DNA from: Cyanophora paradoxa CCMP329 | Lineage: Eukaryota > Plantae > Glaucophyta | NCBI GenBank assembly: GCA_004431415.1 | Contig: QPMI01000602.1 | Coordinates: 205,804-269,803, forward strand | DNA length: 64,000 bases | Direction: 5' to 3' | Translations under genes and position numbers: made by a program | Shown here: positions 33,574-43,700 of the stretch, in pieces | Layout of the letters: each line of letters begins with the position of its first letter | Position numbering within the stretch: the stretch's first letter is position 1 | The notes under the pieces: model-generated | The model's database searches: none | Told to the model about the DNA's origin: nothing | The model's input: the letters and a program-made list of their open reading frames with translations, nothing else

Positions 33574-34944
33574 CTATAAATTAATTCTTCGGAGACCATC
33601 CTTGTCCAAAATTATATAGCTATGCATGAGAGCGCGAACATTGACATCGATTACCTTATCTGAAGGCATGTAGAGGGTGAGGAAGGAAGAAGAGGAATTT
33701 GTTAAATCGACATAACCAGACTGGGCAATATTTCGAATTGCCTTCTCTCCATCAATGCAGAAACTTAAACCTGAAAGGACATAGCGATCAGCAACCTTAT
33801 CCATGTTAGAGCATTTGAAGGCATCAGCAATTAGCTCAGCACCTTTGAGTAGGGAAATTGGCTCAGTGGCATAAAGTCGCTGTCCATTAATTTCAACAGT
33901 GAAAGTAATATCTTTGGAGTTGGCATAGGTCTTAAGAACACTGTGGGAGCCAGTGGATTTATCAACAGTTGCATTATCACGAACTGAAACAAGCAGAGCA
34001 TAAACAAGACCTGAGATTTGAGAGAGGTTAATTCGATTGGGTTGGGCATTGCCCTTGGCAGGGAAAGCACTAGCATCTACAAATCCAATATCAAGGGAGG
34101 GAATAGCCATGCCAGTAGTCTTTACTTTTTCAATTACAGTAGCGAAAAGCTCATCAGAAACATTAATAGCATGCATGTAAAGGCGAGGAGAAGTAATAGA
34201 AATGACAGGGGTTGTTGCACCAAGAGTAAAGTCTGTGATGTTTTGACCAACATTTGCCAGAACAGTTTCAGCAGGGGCAGTTCCAAGACCATCATCTTTT
34301 GAATAATCTACATCAGCTGCTGCAACAGTAAGACCACGACCACCATAGGAAGTTTCAACATAACCCTTTCCAGCATCCTTAAACCAAACAGTAACAACCA
34401 TTTCACCAGATAAAGCACCAAGGGGAAGGTAGTGATTTAGCCAAGGCACAGGGATTTCAACAAAGAATGAGCCACCAAGGCGGTTGGTTCCATGAGCAGG
34501 GATGCCATGAACCATGCCCATTGATTGCTTCTTTTTAGCTAGTTGATCCTCCGAATAATAGACCAGGGGGAAATGAGCAAGGAAATCAGAGGGAATGTGG
34601 TAGGTGTAAGATCCATAGGTAATTTCGAGTCGCTGAACTAAAGCACCAACTGGGCGAGTGTATCCATTGCGAACTAGGTCAGTATCACCAGCAAATGTGA
34701 TGGCTGGAAGGTCGAAAGCAAGTTCGAGTTTTCCACAGAAATTGTAGCGAGGTAGCTTGAAGGAAATGCGATTTCCAACATTATTCTCAAAAGTATTGCT
34801 GGGATTCACAACAACTAGAACTGGCTTAGACTTGGATTCGAGACCAAGCATTAGGGAGTTATCCAGGAAAAAGGCTTTCGCCTCCTCTGGGGTTGTTAGG
34901 GCTTCTTTCAGCGAAAGTCTTTGAAGAGTGGAAGTGATATCCAT
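33574..34944 (-). CDS. Major capsid protein, double jelly-roll (probable)
   Basis: ~456 aa, beta-rich, GNRISFKLPR...LELAFDLP N-terminus, YLPL.AL...V.V.F, SGYVDL; lies between ATPase and pentons. Confidence 0.8.
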   Translation of the reverse strand: MDITSTLQRLSLKEALTTPEEAKAFFLDNSLMLGLESKSKPVLVVVNPSNTFENNVGNRISFKLPRYNFCGKLELAFDLPAITFAGDTDLVRNGYTRPVGALVQRLEITYGSYTYHIPSDFLAHFPLVYYSEDQLAKKKQSMGMVHGIPAHGTNRLGGSFFVEIPVPWLNHYLPLGALSGEMVVTVWFKDAGKGYVETSYGGRGLTVAAADVDYSKDDGLGTAPAETVLANVGQNITDFTLGATTPVISITSPRLYMHAINVSDELFATVIEKVKTTGMAIPSLDIGFVDASAFPAKGNAQPNRINLSQISGLVYALLVSVRDNATVDKSTGSHSVLKTYANSKDITFTVEINGQRLYATEPISLLKGAELIADAFKCSNMDKVADRYVLSGLSFCIDGEKAIRNIAQSGYVDLTNSSSSFLTLYMPSDKVIDVNVRALMHSYIILDKDGLRRINL

Positions 34945-34997
34945 TATATTCTCTTTTATTATACTGCAACATAAAAAATCTACCAATGATCCTTAAT

Positions 34998-36008
34998 TTA
35001 TGCGAAGCTTGTAATAACTGGATAGGAAGGGTGAAGCTGCGACATTCTCATCTTAAAGTATTCATAAACTGGGTCTCCTGCTGGCTCATCACCATAGCGA
35101 ATTTCAAAGGTCAGATGAACAGGTTGACCCTCAAAATCAATTGGTTCATTTACAGCATTAACAATATCAACCGAGAAAGTGGATAATCCAACCTTCTTAT
35201 TATAATATTTGTAAAGTGGGTGAGCTTCTGTTGAATTGTAAACAACATGCTCACCATAGTCTTTATCAGGGACCACTATTTTGTGAAAGTAACCAGTCAG
35301 AAGACCATCCCCACATTGAACCAGATCACCCAGCTCCTTTACTCTCACAAACAAAACACTGTCCCTGGTCTTCTCAGGCTCAAAAGAAGATATAATGCCA
35401 TTCACTCGACCATCAGTAAAGATTCCATCAGTGAGAGCATCATAAACTTGGGATTTGATTGGGGAATTCCCATATCTTCCAGGATCAAGACCAAGCAGTC
35501 TAGCTGAACTCAATAGCTTTTGGATTGTTTGTTGGCTTGGGTTTACAGCAAGTGAGAAAGCCAGGTAAAAAGGCACTGCCGACTGGAATATAATTCGTTT
35601 CAGTGACTCATCCCATTTGCAGCGAATGGATGGTTGGGGAGTTCTGCCAATGAATTTTGAGTTGATTACATTCACCAGCTGTTGGTGGCTTTGGATGGGG
35701 GTCTCGCGATTTACCATGAATTGTTTCCATTGTTCAAAATCAGCAGCTGGGCGAGTTGTTGGAATTCCTGAGCTTCCAGCTCCTGGAGTTTGTTCAGAAT
35801 AATAAATACTAAATGTGTTATCAACTGTTACATCTCCTGCTTTGGTTTCACCACTCACCATAGGGATGCTGTTATAAAATTCGGCTGAGACCAGTCTCAC
35901 AGCCCTCACATTCTCATAAGTACTGGGGAGTCTAGCCACAAAGCTTGAAGTGGGACCATCACCAGAGATTGTATTAAATGAGCTAACCTCGATGTAATCC
36001 ACAGGCAT
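34998..36008 (-). CDS. Minor capsid (penton) protein 1
   Basis: IEVSS...F...LP..YENV.AVRLVSAEFYNS N-terminus; FSVDIVN...PIDFEG..VHLTFEI C-terminus. Confidence 0.78.
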   Translation of the reverse strand: MPVDYIEVSSFNTISGDGPTSSFVARLPSTYENVRAVRLVSAEFYNSIPMVSGETKAGDVTVDNTFSIYYSEQTPGAGSSGIPTTRPAADFEQWKQFMVNRETPIQSHQQLVNVINSKFIGRTPQPSIRCKWDESLKRIIFQSAVPFYLAFSLAVNPSQQTIQKLLSSARLLGLDPGRYGNSPIKSQVYDALTDGIFTDGRVNGIISSFEPEKTRDSVLFVRVKELGDLVQCGDGLLTGYFHKIVVPDKDYGEHVVYNSTEAHPLYKYYNKKVGLSTFSVDIVNAVNEPIDFEGQPVHLTFEIRYGDEPAGDPVYEYFKMRMSQLHPSYPVITSFA

Positions 36009-36037
36009 TCTTCTTTTATCTATATTCATATATTAAA

Positions 36038-36970
36038 ATGAACCGGCTCGTTAATATTGATAGCAGGGATAGAAGCCAAGGACAAAATGAAAACTCTTAC
36101 AGGGTCACCCTCACAACTCCAGTAGAGAGACCAAGGGAATGCAGGGTTCTATATGCAGAGATTCCAAACAGCATCTATAACAGTGTTGGAACTGATCATC
36201 TAACAGTTCAGTTTAATTACCAAGATGGTTCATATAACCAAGTGATCACACAACAAGTGTATCCCCTTCCCAGTGGCTACATCAATCAGGGTCATTTTGG
36301 GGTAACACACCCTTATAATTACGGGCTGAACTATTCAAGCTTCCAAACAATTGCAGGCAAAACAGTAGCTTTTGAGTTCAAGATATTCTATAACCCAACT
36401 ACCTATAAAGTGGAGTTTTACAGTAACCATGAGTTTCGTTTTATTGCAAGCAACCAGAGAATAGGGAAGCTTTTGGGTGTAAGCTCTACTGAATATACCA
36501 ATGGGTATTATAGCACTCCTCCTGTTGGTGGATCTCCCTATCGACCTGAGAACCTTTTAAAGTATGATGGCAAACCTATTACACCTGATCACCCAGCATG
36601 GGGAATCACCTTCTCAGGACCCAGACTCTCCTCTAAGCCCTTGCAATATTATTTTGACAGCAGGAAGATGTCTGATATGAATGCTGAGCAGTATCTGTAC
36701 ATGCATATTAAAGAGCTGTCCCCCTTTGCCAGCAGACACAATATAATTCCAAAATCGCAACCACAAAACCAGGGAGCTATCCTTAGATTGCAATTGAGTA
36801 AGGATATAGGGGGCTATGTTTACCATAGTGGTGAGCATGCAGAATTTATTCAAATCAATGACAGAAACCTGGTGATAAGGGAACTCACAGTTGAGTTTAA
36901 AGATTACTTTGGTGAACTGATTGATATGAATGGAATCGATAATTCGTTTCAGTTGGAGTTTATCGAATAA
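36038..36970 (+). CDS. Minor capsid (penton) protein 2
   Basis: VNIDSRDR...YRVTL...AEIPNSIYN N-terminus; LTVEFKDYFGELIDMNG..NSFQLEF C-terminus. Confidence 0.82.
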   Translation: MNRLVNIDSRDRSQGQNENSYRVTLTTPVERPRECRVLYAEIPNSIYNSVGTDHLTVQFNYQDGSYNQVITQQVYPLPSGYINQGHFGVTHPYNYGLNYSSFQTIAGKTVAFEFKIFYNPTTYKVEFYSNHEFRFIASNQRIGKLLGVSSTEYTNGYYSTPPVGGSPYRPENLLKYDGKPITPDHPAWGITFSGPRLSSKPLQYYFDSRKMSDMNAEQYLYMHIKELSPFASRHNIIPKSQPQNQGAILRLQLSKDIGGYVYHSGEHAEFIQINDRNLVIRELTVEFKDYFGELIDMNGIDNSFQLEFIE

Positions 36971-38294
36971 AGGCACCTGTAAAGTCCACTCTCATTGTGG
37001 GAGCATTCACATACACAAGGGGATAAATGCGAATATATTTAATTCTGAGAGAAAAACCTATGTAAAAAGCATCCTTGATGCTGAGAGGGAATCCACTCAA
37101 TAAAGCCACATCACCTGAGTTGTGAGCATTGTTAATGTTCTCACAGACATACATTTTGTTTTGCCCATCTGATCGAATAAAAGACCAGTTGATCCCATCA
37201 GTGGATGTTGCCACATTGAAAGTCTTAATAAAAGCATTGGTGTCACCTGAGCCATAGGCAATCACAGAGGAGAGTTCAAAAGTGTATGGGAAAGCAACTT
37301 GAAGGTATTCAGTGGGGGTTTCCCATATCTGCTCAGGAGCATAGGCTCCAGCTTCCCAGCCAAATGCTGAAGGTCTAGCCATGAAAGGCTCTTTACCAGT
37401 CACAGAGGATGAGGCAGTGAAGGCATCATCTGCAAGCTGATACCAATTAGCATCCAAAGGTGGTGATGTAGTGAGAGTGGATGAGATGTAAGCCTTTGTA
37501 GGGTTCTTTAATTCATAGTTTGCTACTAGAATGCTGCAAAGCTTATTAATCATATCATTGTTTGCTGCTATGTATGTTTCTGTGAAAGAAAGCATATCTG
37601 GGATTTTAGAAGTGTCATCCAGGGAGCTTACTATGTGATTCGGAAGAGGGACTGATAGCCTATAGTATCTCCCATAATCCTGATCATAGTTGTAGGGTAA
37701 CAACTCCTCCATTTTATCAAGGGCAGAAAGCTCACTTGCAGCCATGAGCATGTTAATCAATGGGCTTCCATCTGTTGAGGCAATCCATGAGAGAATGCCC
37801 CAGCTGTTCACAGTCTCATAAGCATAACCCACATAGTCAGACTCTAAATGTGGGTCCACCTCTCCACAAGAGATGCTTATTACTATAATATCATCATCAT
37901 CACTGTAAATCTTCTTTGCATGGCTGTAACCACACACACTGGGATTATTGTTTCCCGAAATGGCACCATCAATGAGACAGACATATACTCCCCGATTGAA
38001 ATCAACAATGCTTACAGGAGAGAAATATGTAGGAGCAGCAGAAGTAGCCCTAGCAGCAATCTTACAAGGCATAAAGTTGTAATTGTTATCATTTGTGATA
38101 AATATTGGTTTCATATTCTGAGTATCAAAGGATGTAATCACAATGTCCTTTAGGGAATCTTGTATTAGTGATTCACCAGTAACTGAATTGATTGCAGTCT
38201 CCAAGGGTCCCACATCATACTTTGTATTAAAAAGGGCATTTTCGATTATATTTCGAGGATTTGCGAAAATCAAGGGCAGTTGAGTTAGGTAAAT
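36960..38294 (-). pseudogene. Patatin-like phospholipase fused to F5/8-C (discoidin) domain, 5'-truncated by retroelement insertion
   Basis: RATSAAPTYF and LIDGA..NNP patatin motifs; FTASSS...EYLQV...STDGINW...YIRIYP discoidin. No ATG and no GGGxR/GxSxG motifs; frame is open up to the junction at 38294. Confidence 0.85.
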
Positions 38295-39033
38295 TGTTGC
38301 CGATAGGGTTTCCTAGCCGTTAGTGCTTCGTTTGCACTTCGTTCGCAGTAGTACCGTGACTTGACCCGCGGCTTCTCGCGATTTCCTGAGTCACTGTACC
38401 CCTGTACGAAGATGCGACCCTAGCTACTTTTTCTGACTCTAGCTTGATACTTTCCGGTAGCCGTGTCCTAGGGTACACAGTAGTCTGTGATTAGCAGCTT
38501 TCTCTTGCAACGTGACAGCCTGCTCGCCTGCTGCTGGTACGCTACGGGAAGGTTGCTAAGGTCTACTGGGACGTATAAAACCTCCTAAAACATCCTCGCC
38601 GGGACCAGCGCACGCCAGCTGACGGACTTGCTGCGCACGTCCGTTGGCCGCGAGCGTGAACCCGCTGGACTACGAGGAGGCGAACGCTTGACGCTTTCGG
38701 AGAGCACCGCTACTGGCGGACGCACTCCGCTGACCCGCCTCGCCGCCGACGCTTCCCTTCTCGAAGCTTCGGACGCGCCTCCGCCGCTCACTCGCGCAGT
38801 TGGGGAGCAGCCCGCCGTACCGCGGCATCGGCTAGCTCCCTGGCTCATCGTTCGTGCCGCGCGCGCATCGGGGATCGGTTGCGGCGGTCCGACTCGAACG
38901 ACGGTCACGGGCCAGCTCGCGTACCGTACTGCGGTCGCGGCCCGACGGCAACGTCTACGTCGAACGACCGCGTGATGGAGCGCGAAGGCATGACTTCCGG
39001 CGAGATGGCCCGACCTTCCCCGGCCAACTGACA

Positions 39034-40790
39034 ATGCTCAACCGCACGGCCCGAGTCGCAGCGGCGCACGCCGAGGAGATCGCGCGCCGGCGGGTCATGG
39101 GCGCGGAGCCGCCGCAGGCGATCAAGATGGAGGACGGCAAGATGGGCCACACCACCGGGATTCCCGTCTCGCCCAACGGCGTCTTCCAACATCACAACGC
39201 CATCCGTTCGGCTACTCGCGGAGACAAGAAGTACTCCCTGCTGGACGACGGTTCGCAGGCGGCGTACCACGCCGTCGATTTCGGTGTCCGTTCGCTGCCG
39301 GCGGGACTAACGGAAGTCTACCGTTCGACGGTCGAGTTGCACCGGTCTCTCGTCGAAAACCTCGTCGACGCAGAGAGCGAGCTCACGAAGGCGAAGGCGA
39401 CACTCGCGACGGCTACGGAGGAGGCGGCCAAGGAGGCGGCGCAGAAGGCCGTCCAGACGCGACAGGCCGTCGTCGACAAACTCCGGGCTGAGATGCCCTC
39501 GGACATTATTCGCGGCGTCCCCTCGTACATTAAGAGCCTCGTTCGCATGATTGACCCCGCTGAGCGCAAGCGTCTCAAGGAGGAGCTCATCGCGGCGTAC
39601 GATGGCACTCAACTGGACCGTATTTTCGCCAACATCTGTGACCTCATCGCGTTCACTGACCTGCCGCGTGACAAGACGGGCCACACTGTGCAGGCGCTGG
39701 ACGTCTATGACACGCTCGAGCAGCAGATCACGGAGCGCAAGACGCTACACCACGGCCTGTACTCCGGCCTCCCGTACGAGCAGCAGCGCAAGGCCAATTA
39801 CGACCTGGCGCTGAATCTACTGCCGAAGCTGAAGACGATGGCGCAGGACCTGTCGCCGACCGATGGGATGACTCCCAAGGACAAGGAGACCTGGTTTAAC
39901 CTCTTCTGCACTCGTGCGCAGTCGCTCATTCGGGAGGCGGGCTTTCTGATTGTGACGACGACTGCTGGGGAGCCCTCGATTCCTACTGGGAATTCGAAGA
40001 AGGGCGCCAGCATCAACGCGGCGAACGTCGACGGGTACGATTACGACAACGATGGCGACGACGGGTACACGGCGCCGTACAGCGGCACTCCGTACACCCC
40101 ACCGCCTTCGTCGTCCCCTGCGCCCTCGGCCCCGCACTCGCAGTTACTCGGCTCTTCGGTCAATCTCGTCCACACGACGCCGTCGACCCCGCCGATAACC
40201 AATCCGATCTACCAATCCGCCCTCCCCGCGCCCCAGCAGCCGGCGCCGGGCCACAAGCCCGTCCCCGGCTGCTGCGACTGGCACGCACCGGTGCCCGGGA
40301 AGGACTACGGCAATCGCCCGCCCATCGGCCGCCCCTACGATTACGCCCGTACGCAGACGGTCACGGCGATCCGTACGAGCCAGGGCTACCCGCGCGACGC
40401 GCGCCCGAGGGTGAGGCCCGGCACCAACGATCACATTTGCACACGTTGTCGGTCGTTGGGAGCCGCGGACATCCATCACTACTCTGACGACTACCACGAG
40501 TGTTGCTCTCACCCGTACCGTCGGGAACTACTCAAATTCGTCAACCAAGGCTGCCAAGACCCCGAGGTCCTGGCTGCGGCCCGCCTCTGCGGCCTCATCC
40601 CTGGCGGCCCGCAGGCACCGTCCTACAACGCGGTCCCCCGCCGTCGAACTCTGTACCCGTCGCTCCGGCGCAGCTACAAACCGCCCCTTGCAGGAACTGC
40701 GGCGAGCACGGCCACCACGCGTCGGCGTGCACGAAGCCGGTGCGCTGCTACAACTGCGGAGGGGAGGGTCACACGCAGAACCGCTGCCCC
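39034..40790 (+). CDS. Gag-like region with two CCHC zinc knuckles (frameshift at C-run ~40635)
   Basis: Helical N-terminal domain; CRNCGEHGHHASAC and CYNCGGEGHTQNRC at 40689-40787. Confidence 0.75.
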
Positions 40791-43700
40791 AGTGGCAAGC
40801 GCCAGCACGACGGCGGTCCCCCACACGGTCCGTCCCCGAAGCGTGGCCCCGATGGTGGTGCTGGCGGCGCAGGAGGCGGCGGGCACCGTGGTGGCCATCG
40901 CGGCGGTGGCAGGGGCGGCTACCAGAGCGGCGGTGGAGGCGGCGGCCAAGGCGGGACGGGATCTAACGCCACCCTCCTCGGCAATCCCGCCCCGATGCAG
41001 CGCCCGACTGGCCCCGTTGTTGACGCGCCGTCTTCGCGCCCGACTGGCCCCGTTGTTGACGCGCCGTCTTCGCGCCCGGCTGGCCCCGTCACTGACGCGC
41101 TGCCTTCGCGCCCGACTGGCTCCGTTGCTGACGCGCCGTCTCCGCGCCCGACCGGCCCCATCGCTAACGCGCCGCCCCCGAACCCTCGCCCGACTGACCA
41201 CGGAGACGCCGTGCAGTCCGGTGGTCCTGACTCGGGCCGGGAGACCGAGGCTACGACGGACAGCCTGGCCATGGTACCGATCGCTCCGGTGCAAACTGTC
41301 CCGATCACGCCGACGCAGCCCTCGGCATCGGACATCGCGCACTTCGTTCGGGACGTCAACGCCACGACGGCGACGCAGCCGGTAACGTCGGCGGCGGAGA
41401 GGACGGCCCCCGTCCCCGTCGCCATCCCCGTCGCTGAACCCGCGTCGCCGTCCCCCTCGTCGACTCACGCGACCGGCCCGTCGTCGCCGGCCCCGTCTGA
41501 CTTGTCGACAGAGATGGAAACGGGAAGCCGTACTGCGGCCGAGTCCCGTGTTCCAATTCGGTGTGCGCAGCCCCGGCGGGGCGTCACTGCCGGCAGTATC
41601 CGCGACCTCATCAACGCTGGCCTCCGCCGGCACGACCACACTCGCATGTCCGCCGCCTTGGCTCCCGTCACGTCCAAGAAAACCCCGCTCTTCACTCGAA
41701 ACTTTGGCCGTATGCACCGCCCGCGCCCGAACGCCATCAATCCCGTCGCCCGCGTCGCAGTCACGAGGTCGCTCACCTTCGCGGCCGCCCCCTCGGCGAA
41801 GAGCACGAACTCCGACGCTGACTCTGTGCGGGAGCCGAAGACCCGGACGTACTGCGCCCTGGGGGACCCCGTCACAGAGTCGCCGATGGACACTGCACTC
41901 GGCCCGCTAACCTCCAAATCGAGCACCGACTCCCCCGCAGCCACCTCGCAGCAGGAGGGGAACGTCTCGAAGGGAAGTGGGCGGCCGACCCCGAACTACA
42001 AGGCCCCGCCCGCCAAGATGCCCGAAATCGACTCGCTACCGGCGGTCGAGGGCTGCGAGTCCTTGGTACCCCTTTGCACTGACTGGCTCGACAACGTTGC
42101 TTACAACATGCACACTCGCCGTGTTAACAACCGCATGCACGTCGACGGCATCCAGTGCACTGACTGGCTTCGTGATGGCATCCCTTCGAGCGACCAGCGC
42201 CAGATCCACGCGCGTACCATCCTTTACTGCCCCGCCCTCCAGATGCTCACGACGTACCTCGAGCCGAAGGGCCCCGGTGTCTGCTGGGCTCGCGTCCGCA
42301 ACGCTATCGATGCGGAAGGCGACTCGGAGGAGGCGCGCGCGCACCGCTTCCCCAAGCCCCACGACAACATGTACCCCGTCTTCACGCAGGCCTCCAATTA
42401 CCGTACCGCGGTATTCACGGAGGATGCGCACATGCCTCGCCGTCGGGACCTGTCTTTCGCCAACGAGACGTGTGCTGACTGCCACCCCCATGTCGTCGGC
42501 CGCCAGGAGAATGGTACCCTTGTTGCCCGCCCCATTCCCTCGGCACACCGTCGTGACGCGCCCAATGACGGACTTCGTACTGCTCACTCCGCGCTCATCG
42601 CTGCGCTTGAAAGCCTCCCTACGTCGCACCCCGTTCGTGACCCGACCAGGGAGATGGAGTTCTTTGTGATCGCCCGCGACATCTCCGGACACGCGAAGAA
42701 CGGGCGGTTCCCGATCCCGCCGGCGCTCGACGTGAACCCCGGCATCCCGTGCGCTGACGGCACTCACGCTCACCACAGCCACCCGCATTGGCACTTGCTG
42801 GCGGCCCGCCCGCTCATCAACCCGAAAGGCCACAGTGAGCACAAGCGTCTGAATGCGGCCGTCACACGCATCATTGCAGACACGGCCACTGAGGATGACG
42901 TGACAACGTTGCGCACGTGGATCGCAATCGCCCGTGAGACGACGACTATCGCGGCAATTAACACTAACATCTCGAACACCAACGAGCAGCTTCGCCGGCC
43001 CTACCGGGGCGCTGAGGGCGAGCAGCTGTTACACTTGGTTGAAATGGCAGCGATGGCCATCACGAACACGGGCGCCCCGCCGCCTCGCACGCGGCAGGCT
43101 GCGGCCAACCACGTCACGAGTGTACTGCGTAAGGAGCTCGAGGCATTCGATGTTGACACTACGGTTCAGGCAATCGTCAACGCTCTGTGCGCCCGTCGTG
43201 TCTTCACTTTCACCGACGGCGCCATGGACACAACCGACGCGCCGCCTGCACCTACGACAACGCTGACGCTCCCAGGAGCTGCTGTCGTCGAGTCCCTCCT
43301 GAACCGTGTCAAGACGTCCTTCACCGACGCGCAGAACCGCAGCCCAACATTCATGCGCCCCAACCGACGAACGGCCGCTGTCAATTACGTTGAGAGCACA
43401 CTCCGCACGTACCTCCGTGGCTACGACGTCGAGTCTACGATCCTACTTCTCGTCTACATTCTCGAGCGCGAGGGTGAGCTACGGTTCGCCTCAGGCCCTG
43501 ACGCGACTTCGGCAAAGGCTGCTGACGCCTACGCTCGTTTCGTCGCGGCAAACGCTCCGACCGACCCCGTCGCCGGACCCAGCTCTGTCGCGACGGCAGA
43601 GGGCCTCGCCCCTGAGGACAAGACGCCAATCGTCCCGCCGACCACGCCCACTCCACCCGCGCCCGCCGTACTGCGGCCCAAGGCGTCGGAGGACAGGGCT

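Larger units (their letters stand above)
20859..38294. mobile_element. Endogenous Polinton-like virus / virophage-like dsDNA virus (left part; interrupted at 38295)
   Basis: Abrupt switch to AT-rich, intronless, tightly packed ORFs encoding rve integrase, pPolB, primase-helicase, A32-like ATPase, MCP and two pentons. Left boundary approximate; right end not seen. Confidence 0.92.

Noticed and set aside
20859-38294. Bacterial/phage contamination or chimeric contig
   Set aside because: Gene set is eukaryotic-virus specific, lacks Shine-Dalgarno patterns and encodes an integrase; a chimera cannot be fully excluded without reads.
38535-38552. TGGTACCGCTACGGG as primer-binding site defining the 5' LTR end
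   Set aside because: Not preceded by a CA LTR end, does not match the local tRNA-Thr, and no 3' LTR is available to fix boundaries; a TATA-like TATAAAA lies downstream at ~38575.
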